Positions 1 through 10,276 are shown, numbered from the stretch's first letter. The stretch: DNA of 64,000 nucleotides from a bacterium (GCA_030430495.1 JAUIKM010000001.1:202447-266446); one strand, 5' to 3'. Notes: generated from the sequence alone by a model not told the origin. A program made the numbers and translations.

Positions 1-828
1 CGCAGGCATGGTCGCGGGCCAGGGAGCGATCAGAGTCGTACACTCTGCCACAATCTCAGTCGCAAATATTGCCGTGCGCCAGGGAGCGATCAGAGTCGTG
101 CACTCAGCCGCACACTCAATCGCAAATATTGCCGTGCGCCAGGGAGCGATCAGAGTCGCACACACTGCGGCAATCTCAGCCGCACACTCAGCCGCAAATA
201 TTGTCGTGCGCCAGGGAGCGATCAGAGTCGCACATACTGCCACAAACTCTGCCGCAGGTATTGTCGTGCGCGAGGGAGCGATCAGAGTCGTGCACTCAGC
301 CGCACACTCAATCGCAAATATTGCCGTGCGCCAGGGAGCGATCAGAGTCGCACACACTGCGGCAATCTCAGTCGCACACTCAGCCGCAGGTATTGTCGTG
401 CGCGAGGGAGCTATCAGAGCCGCACACACTGCCACAAACTCAGCCGCAAATATTAACGTGCGCCAGGGAGCTATCAGAGTCGCACACTCTGCCGCACACT
501 CAGCCGCAAATATTGCCGTGCGCGAGGGAGCGATCAGAGTCGTGCACTCAGCCGCACACTCAGCCGCACACTCAGCCGCACACACTGCCGCACACTCAGC
601 CGCACACTCAGCCGCACACTCAGCCGCAAATATTAATATGCGCCAGGGAGCGATCAGAGTCGCACACACTGCGGCAATCTCAGCCGCAAATATTGCCGTG
701 CGCCAGGGAGCGATCAGAGTCGCACACTCAGCCGCAGGTATGGTCGTGCGCCAGGGAGCGATCAGAGTCACACACTCTGCGGCAATCTCAGGCGCAAGCA
801 TTGTCGGGTGCAAAGGAGCGATCGAAAA
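1..828. repeat. Hierarchical tandem repeat: 36-bp core plus 1-7 copies of a 12-bp unit; runs off the left edge
   Basis: Core cgcaaatattgccgtgcgccagggagcgatcagagt (with variants) starts at 1, 61, 121, 193, 253, 313, 385, 445, 505, 625, 685, 733 and degenerately at 793. Spacers are made of cgcacactcagc-like 12-mers. Confidence 0.95.
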
Positions 829-1261
829 CTCTCAACGTATCTGCATTCAGAGTCGCAAGCATCGTCGCACGCAAACCTGCAATCATTCTCTCTCAATTAC
901 AGCTGCAAAAAATGGCCGCATGCTGTGCCGAAAACGATCAGGCATCCTGATCAACGACGTGAAGTACACCGCTGCATCCAGGCTCCAAAGCTTGCCACTG
1001 ACTTCCGGCGAATCCAATCAAAACATTCAAAGCGCGCGCTGCAACTCACAATCTGCTGCTGCGGGGCGATCAATTTTGCGCGCGGAGCCCCGCCATTGCA
1101 GCGTCCGGCTGCTGCGCTTGTGTGATAATACCGTATTTATCACTATACTTGTAGGCCGTGATGCGAATTAAAGTCGAAGCTGCGATGATGCAAGACCTGT
1201 TGATTGACAACCTCTTGGCGCGCGACCTTCACGGTCCTCTGTATACTCTGAATCTGGAAGT

Positions 1262-4054
1262 ATGAGCAAAACACGGAAAAAAAGCGACGTCGCCGATACC
1301 GGTAAAGACGCCGCGGTCGAAGATTCTCCCGCCGATCAAACCCCAACCAAACGAACCAGCAAACGCACCGCAGCCAAAAAGGCGCCGAGCGCGGCGTCCA
1401 AACGCGCCGCTGCAAAAGCGGACGACGGCGACGCAGTTGAAAAAGCTCCGCCCAAAAAGCGCAAAGCCGCTCCGCGCAAAAAAGCTGCCGCCAAAGCGCC
1501 AGCCAAGGCCAAGGCTGCTGCAACCGACTCCAAATCCCGCTCTGCAAGCGAGGTTAAGGACGCGCAGGATGAACTGTTCGGCGCTGGTGAATCGAGCGGT
1601 ACAAACAAAAAAGCCACGCCTGCACGGAAAAGCAGCACACGCCGCAAAGCTCCGGCCAAAAGCACTGCCGCCAAAGAAAAGCCGGCCGTAGCTGAAACCG
1701 CTGCCGACTTGGACGACAGCGCTGCGGAGACGCCGAAACCCAAAGCCAAACGCGCACCGCGCAAAGCCGCCCCGAAAGCGAAAGCCGCGCCCAAAAAAGC
1801 CGCGAGCCGAGCGAAAAAAGCTGAACCAGCCGACGTCGATACGGCCGATGCTGCCGAGAGCGCCGAGGAAACGCCCGCTAAAGCACCCGCCAAAAAACGT
1901 CCGGCCGCAAAGTCCAAAGCCGCGAGTACGTCCCGCAGCCGCAAGAGCAGCGCCAAAACCGCGCCGCAAGAGACGCCGGACGAAGCGCCCGAAGCCGCTG
2001 TGACCGAAAGCGATGAAGCCGAAAGCGCACCGAAACGCAGTACGCGTCGCAAAGCCGCGCCGAAAAAGTCTCCGGCTAAAACGACAAAAGACAAAGCGGT
2101 CGAAGAAACCGCGGCGATCGAAGCGGAACAGGCTGAAAGTGCGGGCGACGGCGAATCCGACGAACAGGCCGATCAAAGCCAAACCAGATCGCGTCGCTCA
2201 GGCCGTGGACGCCGTGGCGGCCGAGGTCGTCGTGGTGGAGAACGTTCCGAAGAGCGGGAAGCCGCCGGAGACGATCAACGCGACGAAGAGCAGGACCAGG
2301 ACAAAGAACAGCGCAAACCGCTGCGTCGCAAAGGCGAAGTAGATCCGAAAAAAGACGAGGCCGAGGGAGGCGAAGATTCAGCTCCCGAGCAAGCTCCCGC
2401 GCGCAAAAAATACGACCACGGTTTTGGCGAAATCGATCTGCGTCCGCAGTTGAATGAATCCGGCCCGGATGAGTCGGTTAACACGCTGGACGAGATCGAA
2501 TTGGACGAGCTGCCGCCGCGTATGCGCCAGGCCGTCGAAAACTTCGGCTGGGACAGTCTGATGCCGGTCCAGAGCCGCTCGATTCCCTACATGTTGGCGG
2601 GTCGCGACCTGATGGTGCAATCCAAAACGGGCAGCGGTAAAACGGCGGCATTCCTGCTGCCGATTCTCGAGCGAATCGATACCTCGCTGCCGCAGTGCCA
2701 GGCACTGGTGCTTGTGCCGACGCGCGAGCTGGCGCACCAGGTTGAAACGGAAGCACAGACCCTGGCGCAGGGACTTGGCGTTCGCATTGTCGCCGTCTTC
2801 GGCGGCGTCGGCTACGGCTCGCAGTTGCAGGCTTTCCGCGAAGGAGCGCAGCTCGTCATCGGAACGCCGGGACGCATTCTGGATCACATGCTGAAGCGCT
2901 CGCTGACGCTCGAAGCGCTGCAGATGCTGGTGCTGGACGAAGCCGATCACATGCTGTCGATGGGTTTTTATCCCGACATGAAACGCGTGCAGACCTTCCT
3001 GCCGCGCAGCAACTACAACGCCTACATGTTTTCGGCCACCTTTCCGCCGCGCGTGGTGCGCCTTTCCGACGAATTTCTTTGGAAGCCCGATTTTGTTAGT
3101 CTCAGCAAAGATCAGGTTCACGCCATCCAGACTGAGCACGTCATTTACGCCGTGCCGGACATGGACAAGGACCGCAGTTTTGTCAGGATTCTCGAAATCG
3201 AAAACCCGGCCAACGCCATTATTTTCTGCAACACCAAGGTCCAGGTCAACTACGTGGCCGTTGTGTTGCAGCGTTTTGGTTTCGACGCGGATGCGCTCAG
3301 TTCCGACCTGTCGCAGGGCGAACGCGAGCGTGTGCTGTCGCGCGTCCGTGCCGGCAATCTGCGCTTTCTGGTAGCCACGGATGTGGCGGCGCGCGGGATT
3401 GATATTCCCGAGCTCTCGCACGTATTTCAGTTCGACGTACCGGAAGATCCCGAGTCTTATATCCACCGTTCGGGCCGCACGGGCCGCGCCGGATCGACGG
3501 GACGCGCCATTACGCTGGCCGACTTCCAGGACCGCATCAAACTCGAGCGCATCGGCGCGCGTTATCAGATTGAATTTGTGGAGCGCCCGCTGCCGACGGA
3601 TGACGACATCGCCACGGTGGTGTCGCAGCGCGTCACGGTGCTGCTGGAATCGCGTTTCCGTTCGCGCGACAATGTGCAGCTCGAAAGTCTGGAGCGCTTC
3701 ACTAAACTGGCGGCAGCACTCGGCTCCGACGAAGACGGCTCGCGCCTGCTGGCAATGATGCTCGACGACTTCTATAAGTTTTCGCTGCATACGCCGCCGC
3801 CGCCACGTCGCGGCCGCGACGACCGACGTCAGGAGCCTCGCTCCGGCGGCGGACAACAGGACGCCCCGCGCGACCAGTACGCCGAGCAGGCGGAACAAGC
3901 CGAACAGGAGCATGACACCGACCGTGAGCGGGACCAGGACCACGACAATCGCGACGGCGGTGGAGATCGTCGCGACGGCGGCGGAGATGGTCAGGGCGGT
4001 CGCGGTCGAGGCGGACGTCGACGCCGCGGAGGCAGGAGACGGCGGAGGAACTAG
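1262..4054 (+). CDS. DEAD-box RNA helicase (DeaD/CsdA-like) with ~400-aa K/A/P-rich N-terminal extension and RG-rich C-terminal tail
   Basis: Q motif GWDSLMPVQ, SKTGSGKT, PTRELA, TPGRI, DEAD, SAT, ARGID, HRSGRTGR all present. Confidence 0.95.
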   Translation: MSKTRKKSDVADTGKDAAVEDSPADQTPTKRTSKRTAAKKAPSAASKRAAAKADDGDAVEKAPPKKRKAAPRKKAAAKAPAKAKAAATDSKSRSASEVKDAQDELFGAGESSGTNKKATPARKSSTRRKAPAKSTAAKEKPAVAETAADLDDSAAETPKPKAKRAPRKAAPKAKAAPKKAASRAKKAEPADVDTADAAESAEETPAKAPAKKRPAAKSKAASTSRSRKSSAKTAPQETPDEAPEAAVTESDEAESAPKRSTRRKAAPKKSPAKTTKDKAVEETAAIEAEQAESAGDGESDEQADQSQTRSRRSGRGRRGGRGRRGGERSEEREAAGDDQRDEEQDQDKEQRKPLRRKGEVDPKKDEAEGGEDSAPEQAPARKKYDHGFGEIDLRPQLNESGPDESVNTLDEIELDELPPRMRQAVENFGWDSLMPVQSRSIPYMLAGRDLMVQSKTGSGKTAAFLLPILERIDTSLPQCQALVLVPTRELAHQVETEAQTLAQGLGVRIVAVFGGVGYGSQLQAFREGAQLVIGTPGRILDHMLKRSLTLEALQMLVLDEADHMLSMGFYPDMKRVQTFLPRSNYNAYMFSATFPPRVVRLSDEFLWKPDFVSLSKDQVHAIQTEHVIYAVPDMDKDRSFVRILEIENPANAIIFCNTKVQVNYVAVVLQRFGFDADALSSDLSQGERERVLSRVRAGNLRFLVATDVAARGIDIPELSHVFQFDVPEDPESYIHRSGRTGRAGSTGRAITLADFQDRIKLERIGARYQIEFVERPLPTDDDIATVVSQRVTVLLESRFRSRDNVQLESLERFTKLAAALGSDEDGSRLLAMMLDDFYKFSLHTPPPPRRGRDDRRQEPRSGGGQQDAPRDQYAEQAEQAEQEHDTDRERDQDHDNRDGGGDRRDGGGDGQGGRGRGGRRRRGGRRRRRN

Positions 4055-4127
4055 GCCGCAAAACGCCCGGTTGTTTTTCCGCAATACGCGTGTTGCAAGA
4101 ACTCCGGAAATTGAATCTTTCAATTAC

Positions 4128-4158
4128 ACAAGAGCCGCTGTTTAACAGCGGCTCTTGT
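4128..4158. terminator. Hairpin between convergent genes, probable bidirectional terminator
   Basis: acaagagccgctgtt-t-aacagcggctcttgt is a perfect inverted repeat. Confidence 0.7.
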
Positions 4159-4191
4159 AGTTTTAAACTATGTGTTGAGTTCGTGGAGTTT

Positions 4192-4419
4192 TCACTCCTC
4201 ACACGGGCACACCCGCCCCGGGGCGCTGCGCCAGAACGTCCGCTCCGGCTCCGAGCCGCCGGCCGGAATCACAACCTTGATGCAGGCCGAATCGTTGTCG
4301 CAGGGGTTTTCGTCGTCGTCCGAGCAGGAGGGAGCCAGACCGATAATCATTAAACAAAGCAGCGACCACATCGCCGCTCGCAGACTGAGTGTGTTGGACT
4401 TGAACTTAAACACCGGCAT
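4192..4419 (-). CDS. Putative small Cys-rich lipoprotein (alternative start 4371)
   Basis: Hydrophobic stretch and lipobox-like LAPS-C followed by SDDDENPC, as in Bacteroidota lipoproteins. Lies co-directional downstream of 4465..5130 and before the terminator. Confidence 0.45.
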   Translation of the reverse strand: MPVFKFKSNTLSLRAAMWSLLCLMIIGLAPSCSDDDENPCDNDSACIKVVIPAGGSEPERTFWRSAPGRVCPCEE

Positions 4420-4464
4420 TCAGTTGTTTTGTTGTGCGATTCTGTTAACATGCTCCACGCAAAC

Positions 4465-5130
4465 CTAAAGCCCGGAGCCGCCGCGCTGTCGGCGCAGCAC
4501 TTCCCGCAGTCCCTCTTCGACTTCCTCGCGCGGCAGTCCGCCGGCGGTGAGTTCCGCGTCGTCGAGGCGCAGCATGCGATAGTAAAACTGTTCGGCGGCT
4601 TGCGGTGCACCTTCCACGTCGCGGTCGAGCAGCATAAAGAGAGCGTCTTCCGCCCGGGCGAATTTACGTCCTTTTTCGAACAAAAAAGCCGCCGCTTCGG
4701 CTACGGCCAGTGTCCAGCGCGCAAGGGGAAGTGATTCCAGGACCACGAGCGCGCGGTACAGTGATTTTGTATCGGCAAACTCGGGATCGCGACGCATGGC
4801 CGCGGCGTAGAGTTCGATGCTCAGACGCCTCAGGTGGTCGGAGCGGTCGACGCGGCCGCTGTTCAACAGGTTTTCCGCCATAAACGACCAGATTTCAGCG
4901 GCGACGAGCGCCTTGCCCGCACCCTCCGCGCTGTCGCTGAAAATTTCCAGCAGATCCATGCCGTCAAGCCTTTCCGCAAAGCCGGCTTCCAGGCCCGTGT
5001 AACGCAGGAACAGGCCCTCCAGATCCTGCATCACATCGAAGTCCCGCTCGCTCTGATTGCGGTTGATCAGGCGCGCCAACTCCTGCGCAAAACGCGTAAA
5101 CATACGGACGACATAGTCGCGCTCGAACAT
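4465..5130 (-). CDS. DUF6483-like helical hypothetical protein
   Basis: N-terminus MFERDYVVRM and C-terminal GKFARAED...LTAGGLPREEVEEGL-type pattern recalled for this family. Confidence 0.75.
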   Translation of the reverse strand: MFERDYVVRMFTRFAQELARLINRNQSERDFDVMQDLEGLFLRYTGLEAGFAERLDGMDLLEIFSDSAEGAGKALVAAEIWSFMAENLLNSGRVDRSDHLRRLSIELYAAAMRRDPEFADTKSLYRALVVLESLPLARWTLAVAEAAAFLFEKGRKFARAEDALFMLLDRDVEGAPQAAEQFYYRMLRLDDAELTAGGLPREEVEEGLREVLRRQRGGSGL

Positions 5131-5235
5131 GGTAAAAATCCCTTCCCGGCTTTGCAGGCAACGCTTTTGAACTCATGCAACGAATGTACCGGTTCCGGCG
5201 TGGATTCAGCCGCTTTTTTTCCTCGCTACAATTCG

Positions 5236-5260
5236 CTAATTTGGATTTGGTTCAAATAAG
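5236..5260. promoter_or_regulatory. Putative Fur-type operator upstream of the iron ABC operon
   Basis: Imperfect palindrome ctaatttggatttggttcaaataag, about 50 bp before the fbpA start. Confidence 0.45.
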
Positions 5261-5310
5261 CTTTTGTGATTGCCGGCCCTCCGCTGCCGGCAGATTTGTA
5301 AGGATTAACT

Positions 5311-6351
5311 ATGTTTCGTCGTTATCTCATCCTGTCGCTCGCGATTGGTTCGGGCCTCATTTTCTTCGCGTGCGGTGCCGAACAAAAAGAAGCCGAGCCG
5401 ATGGAGGAAGCAGCAGAACAAACTGCCCTTGAGTCCGGCATTGTCAACGTCTACACACATCGCCATTATCCGGCCGACAAAGAGCTGTACGCCGAGTTCA
5501 CCAAACAAACCGGTATCGAAGTCAACGTCGTATCCGCGGGAGCCGATGAGCTGATCAAACGCCTGGAAACGGAGGGCGACAAAAGCCCGGCCGACCTGCT
5601 GATTACCGTTGACGCCGGTCGTCTGCATCGCGCGATGGCGCTCGGTCTGCTGCAACCGGTTTCGACGCCGACGCTGCAGGAAAACGTACCGGCACATCTG
5701 CGCGACAAGGACAATAACTGGTACGGCCTGACCGTGCGTGCGCGCATCGTAGCTTATGCGCCGGATCGCGTAGATCCGAAGAAGCTGGAAACCTATTCGG
5801 CCCTGGCCAACAAAGAGTGGAAAGGCAAGCTGCTTGTCCGTTCGTCCTCGAACGTCTACAACCAGTCGCTCATGGCTGCCATGATTGAACACAAGGGCGC
5901 GGACAAAGCCGCCGAATGGGCCAAAGGCATCGTCGATAATATGGCGCGCACTCCGGCGGGCAACGACCGCGATCAGATCAAAGGTATTGCGGCCGGCCTG
6001 GGCGATATCGCCGTCGTCAACTCGTACTACTACAACATGATGCAGCATTCCGACGACGAAGCGGAGCGCGAAGCGGCCTCGAAAGTTGAAATCACCTTCC
6101 CGCATTTTGATGGCGGCGGCATTCACATCAACGTCAGCGGCGCGGGCGTGACCAAAAGCGCGGCGAACGCCGAAAACGCAATCAAACTGCTGGAATTCCT
6201 GACGTCCGAAGCCGCACAGCGCAAATTCGCGGAAGCCAACTTTGAGTATGCCCTGAAAGACGACATTAAATACGACGGCATCTCGCTTGGTAAACTCGGC
6301 GAAAACAATGAAAAAGCCGTGATGATCTTCGATCAGGTCGGGTGGAAGTAA
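5311..6351 (+). CDS. fbpA: Fe(3+) ABC transporter substrate-binding lipoprotein (FbpA/FutA)
   Basis: Lipobox FFAC, VNVYTHRHY, SPADLLITVDAGRL, Tyr ligands NSYYY, HINVSGAGV. Confidence 0.93.
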   Translation: MFRRYLILSLAIGSGLIFFACGAEQKEAEPMEEAAEQTALESGIVNVYTHRHYPADKELYAEFTKQTGIEVNVVSAGADELIKRLETEGDKSPADLLITVDAGRLHRAMALGLLQPVSTPTLQENVPAHLRDKDNNWYGLTVRARIVAYAPDRVDPKKLETYSALANKEWKGKLLVRSSSNVYNQSLMAAMIEHKGADKAAEWAKGIVDNMARTPAGNDRDQIKGIAAGLGDIAVVNSYYYNMMQHSDDEAEREAASKVEITFPHFDGGGIHINVSGAGVTKSAANAENAIKLLEFLTSEAAQRKFAEANFEYALKDDIKYDGISLGKLGENNEKAVMIFDQVGWK

Positions 6352-6384
6352 GCGGCGCACGGCGCGGCATCACGGGCTCCGGGT

Positions 6385-8082
6385 ATGCAGCAACACTCCG
6401 TTCGCGGAACCAATTCGTCTGAAAAGCCGACAAACAGGGAAGGCTCCCGCTCCTGGCGACACATGATCCGTCCCGGGAGACATGCGCGTTCCTGGTTTGT
6501 AAGCACGGCCCTGCTCGTGATTGCCGTCTCAATGCCGGCAATCTACGTGGCGCTGCACGTATTCGGCGGCTCCAACCCCGTCTGGGACCACCTGGCCGCC
6601 ACGGTGCTGACCGACTATATCGTCAACACGTTCATTCTGATGCTGGGCGTCGCCGTTCTGGTGACGCCCGTCGGCGTGCTCTGTGCCTGGCTGATTTCGG
6701 CTTACGATTTTCCGGGGCGCGCCTGGCTGGAATGGGCGCTGGTACTGCCGCTGGCCATGCCCGCCTACATCACCGGCTACGCCTGGTCGGGAATTTTTGA
6801 ATACGGCGGACCGGTTGACTCGCTGGCCGCATTCCTGGGTTCTGGTTCCTCGCTCGGGATCGACATTTTCTCCGTTTATTTCCTCGCTGCGCTGTTTGCA
6901 TTTGTCCTGTATCCCTACGTCTACCTTGTGGCGCGCAGCTCCTTTGCGCGTCAGTCGGCCGGATTGATCGAGGCGGCGCGTTTGACGGGCGCCGGCAATT
7001 GGGAAGTGTTTCGTCGCGTGGCGATGCCGCTGGCGCGTCCCGCGGTGGCCGGCGGTCTGGCGCTCTGCCTGATGGAGGTGCTGAACGACTACGGCGCGGT
7101 TAAATACTTCGGCGTTTCGACCTTCACGACCGGGATATTTCGCGCGTGGTTTGCCCTGGGCGACACGGGCGCCGCCGTTCGCCTTGCCGCCGTCCTGATG
7201 CTCTTTGTCTTTGTTTTGATCGTGCTGGAACGCCGCGGTCGCGCGCGAACAGCCGTCTCATCATCCGCCACAATGCGCCGTCAGACTCTGCGGGGAAAAA
7301 AGGCCCTTCTGGCCCTGATTTTCTGTTTAGTCCCGCTTTCGCTCGGATTTGTCTTTCCCGTAGTGCGACTGTTGACCTGGGCCTGGCGCACGGCGTCCGA
7401 TGTGTTGGACCTGCAGTTTGTCTATCTGGTGCTCAACAGTTTTGCACTTGCGCTCGGCAGCGCGGTTCTGTGCTGTGCCGCGGCGATCTTGGTGCTGTAT
7501 ACGGCGCGCCTGCAGCGCACGCGCCTGGCCGGTTTCCTGGCGCAGAGCGCCACACTCGGTTATTCGATTCCTGGAGCGGTCATTGCCGTCGGCGTCATGA
7601 CGCCCTTTGCGGCCATCGACCACGGAATCGACGGTCTTGTGCAGTCGCTCACCGGCAGCGGAACCGGACTTCTGTTGAGCGGCACGCTGATTGCGTTGTT
7701 GTATGCCTATTTATCGCGTTATCTTGCGGTGGCTTTTCAGCCTGTCGACGCCGGATTTGAGCGCACGGCCGCGTCGATGGACGAAGCCGCGCGTTCGCTT
7801 GGCGCTTCGCCCTTGCGTGCTTTGCTGCAGATCAACATTCCGATGGTGCGCACGGCCATCCTCAGCGCAATTATCCTGGTCTTTGTCGACGTGCTCAAGG
7901 AATTGCCTCTGACGCTGATTTTACGTCCGTTTAACTTTGAAACGCTGGCGACGCGCGCCTTTGAATTCGCCGGCAACGAACAACTGGCGGAGGCGGCCAA
8001 TCCGGCTCTGCTGATCGTAGCCGTCGGCGTCATTCCCATCGTTTATCTCAATCGTCTCATGAATGCAAAACAGGCGCGATGA
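6385..8082 (+). CDS. fbpB: Fe(3+) ABC transporter permease (start may be 6463)
   Basis: Two EAA loops (IEAARLTGA, DEAARSLGA), LPLAMPAY, KELPLTLILRPFNFETLA. Confidence 0.92.
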   Translation: MQQHSVRGTNSSEKPTNREGSRSWRHMIRPGRHARSWFVSTALLVIAVSMPAIYVALHVFGGSNPVWDHLAATVLTDYIVNTFILMLGVAVLVTPVGVLCAWLISAYDFPGRAWLEWALVLPLAMPAYITGYAWSGIFEYGGPVDSLAAFLGSGSSLGIDIFSVYFLAALFAFVLYPYVYLVARSSFARQSAGLIEAARLTGAGNWEVFRRVAMPLARPAVAGGLALCLMEVLNDYGAVKYFGVSTFTTGIFRAWFALGDTGAAVRLAAVLMLFVFVLIVLERRGRARTAVSSSATMRRQTLRGKKALLALIFCLVPLSLGFVFPVVRLLTWAWRTASDVLDLQFVYLVLNSFALALGSAVLCCAAAILVLYTARLQRTRLAGFLAQSATLGYSIPGAVIAVGVMTPFAAIDHGIDGLVQSLTGSGTGLLLSGTLIALLYAYLSRYLAVAFQPVDAGFERTAASMDEAARSLGASPLRALLQINIPMVRTAILSAIILVFVDVLKELPLTLILRPFNFETLATRAFEFAGNEQLAEAANPALLIVAVGVIPIVYLNRLMNAKQAR

Positions 8083-9152
8083 TCAATCCGCAGTTGAGTA
8101 TTGTCGAGTTTAATGGCGTTACCAAGCGCTACGTCACATCCGAAGCTCCGGCGGTGAACGAGGCCACGTTTTCCATTCAGCGCGCCTGCATCACGGCTCT
8201 GCTGGGCGGCAGCGGCAGCGGCAAAAGCACCGTCCTGCGCCTGCTGGCCGGTCTGGAAACGCCCGAAGCGGGATCGATAGTGCTGGCCGGAAATACCGTC
8301 AGCGACGGCCGGACTTTTGTCCCGCCCGAGAAGCGCAACATCGGCCTGGTATTTCAGGATTACGCGCTTTTTCCGCATCTGACGGTTAAACAAAACATTG
8401 AATTTGGTCTGGGTAAAAAGAGTAAACAGGATGGGCAACGCGCCCGCTCCATGCTTGAGCTTGTTGAACTCGATCAACTGGGACATCGTTATCCGCACGA
8501 GCTGTCCGGCGGGCAGAGACAGCGGGTGGCGATTGCACGTGCGCTGGCGCCGCAGCCGGATATCCTGTTGCTCGACGAGCCGTTTTCCAACCTGGACGAT
8601 GCGCTAAAAGCGCATGTGCGCCGCGATTTGACGCGTATTATTCGCACGGCCGAGATGACCGCCGTCTTTGTCACGCACGACGTCCGCGATGTCTTTGCCG
8701 CCGCAGATCGACTGATTGTTCTGGACGATGGACATGTGCGCCAGGCGGGCCGTCCCGACGAGGTGTACCAACAACCGGCCAATCCCGGCGTTGCCCGCAT
8801 TTTTGGCGAAACGACAATCATCAAAGCGCAGTCCCACGGCAACATGGCGCATACCGCCTTTGGCGAAATTGATCTCGGCGTGCCGGAAATCCCCTCCAAC
8901 ATGTTAATCTGTTTAAGACCGGGCGATCTGCAAATTGCCGCGCAAACCGAATCGGGTTTACAGGCCGTTGTTGAATGCACGACCTTTTTTGGCATGTACA
9001 ACGAGCTATTGCTGCGTTTAACACCCGCCGATTCAACGACGGAGCCCGTCCATCTCACTCTTCCACTGTCCTGCGACGAATCATATTCTCCCGGCGCCCG
9101 ACTGACGCTGACGCGGGCAGTGCGACGCATCCACTTCTGGCCGGCCGACTGA
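8079..9152 (+). CDS. fbpC: Fe(3+) ABC transporter ATP-binding protein
   Basis: Walker A GGSGSGKS, FQDYALFPHL, LSGGQRQR, LLLDEPFSNLD; ATGA overlap with the permease. Confidence 0.92.
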   Translation: MINPQLSIVEFNGVTKRYVTSEAPAVNEATFSIQRACITALLGGSGSGKSTVLRLLAGLETPEAGSIVLAGNTVSDGRTFVPPEKRNIGLVFQDYALFPHLTVKQNIEFGLGKKSKQDGQRARSMLELVELDQLGHRYPHELSGGQRQRVAIARALAPQPDILLLDEPFSNLDDALKAHVRRDLTRIIRTAEMTAVFVTHDVRDVFAAADRLIVLDDGHVRQAGRPDEVYQQPANPGVARIFGETTIIKAQSHGNMAHTAFGEIDLGVPEIPSNMLICLRPGDLQIAAQTESGLQAVVECTTFFGMYNELLLRLTPADSTTEPVHLTLPLSCDESYSPGARLTLTRAVRRIHFWPAD

Positions 9153-9722
9153 GACTGAATCGTTGTCGGGACAGGGACTGTAACATTCTCACAAAGGCAT
9201 CGCCGCTATTTCATGCGCGGCTCTTTTCTTTTTGTTCGTCACGCAGATAGAAGTGACAAGCATGACAAACAGGAGTACTTCTTGCAGATGATCTGTCAAC
9301 GCCAGGTCTGCATCAAACAAAACTGTCACCGGGTGCGGAGTCGGTTTTTGAGTATTATCATCAATTCGGATTCGATTATTTCCGAAACCACCTGAATGGT
9401 TTCAAGTCCCTGTTAACTTCGAACGCCACGCGGTCGGCGGATCAAAGTTTGAGACACCGTACTTTCAAAGACAAACCCACTGTCTGATCACATTGGACAC
9501 CGGCCTGCATTGCACATTCATTCGGTGATCTCGTTCAACTGCTCTCGGATTGCGATGCAAACATGGTTTGCCGATTGTCCGCGCCGGCGCCGGCTTCCGA
9601 GCGACAACTGAGCAGGCGCTGTATCCAAATCCGCAATAGAAATCATCGATTGAGAATCCTCTGGCGCCAATAGGTACTTCACCGCTCCGAACGCAAATCA
9701 ACGAAAATCCGACCGTTCAGAG

Positions 9723-9931
9723 GCGAAAACTGCCCGTTCGCGTTTTTCCGCTTTTGTGTTCGAAGTTTCATTGTCACTTTGCACGCGTGACGGCCGCACA
9801 GGTACAGGGACAAACGGAGTCAATTTTCACTTACCAGACTCGCAACAGGTAAAAGTTGCGAGGCGGCGGAGCGTGGCGGGCGGAAAAAAATGGCAGGTTG
9901 GCAGGAGGGGGTGGGGGCCCGGTTTCGGGCC
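9723..9931 (+). repeat. Dispersed intergenic element family B, copy 1
   Basis: gcgaaaactgcccgttcgcgtttttccgctt matches 45609 at 30/31 bases, and is followed by ggagggggtgggggccc-loop-gggcc as at 45815-45842. Confidence 0.75.
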
Positions 9932-10276
9932 TGAAGTCCATTTAAACCAAACTGTTTAAATCTTAATCGAAAGACAAGAGCGATGTTTCACCGATGACAG
10001 AAACAGAAGTATACTACCGACACAACTACAACTGCCATGCAAATTCAGACTCTTCGTTGTGTCTTCATCTTTCAGTGTTTCACAGATTCAAACAATATTC
10101 AACAACTGAATCATTGGAAGTTTGCTCGTTCTTCACAACGACAGTTCGTCGACTCCACAATTTTCAACGCGGATCAACCAACTGTTTTATGCTGACTTTT
10201 TGCTCAAACCGGCTGCGCACATTTTTACATTGTGACCGTTTGGAACACATTCCAGACCGTTGGACAACAAAATCAA

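Noticed and set aside
1..828. CRISPR array (36-bp repeats)
   Set aside because: Spacers are repeated 12-mers of 12-84 bp rather than unique sequences, and no cas genes are in the window.
8..1171. 387-aa and 293-aa ORFs over the repeat as confident genes
   Set aside because: Open frames follow automatically from the 12/36-bp periodicity, and the non-repeat tails look non-protein-like. Kept only as a possibility.
2378..4123. 581-aa minus-strand ORF
   Set aside because: Antisense shadow of the DEAD-box helicase in GC3-biased DNA.
9171..9413. acagggact/agtccctgt inverted pair as MITE ends, and ggtttcaagtccc as a tRNA T-arm remnant
   Set aside because: Only 9 bp with no target duplication; no cloverleaf, and the T-loop has an extra base.
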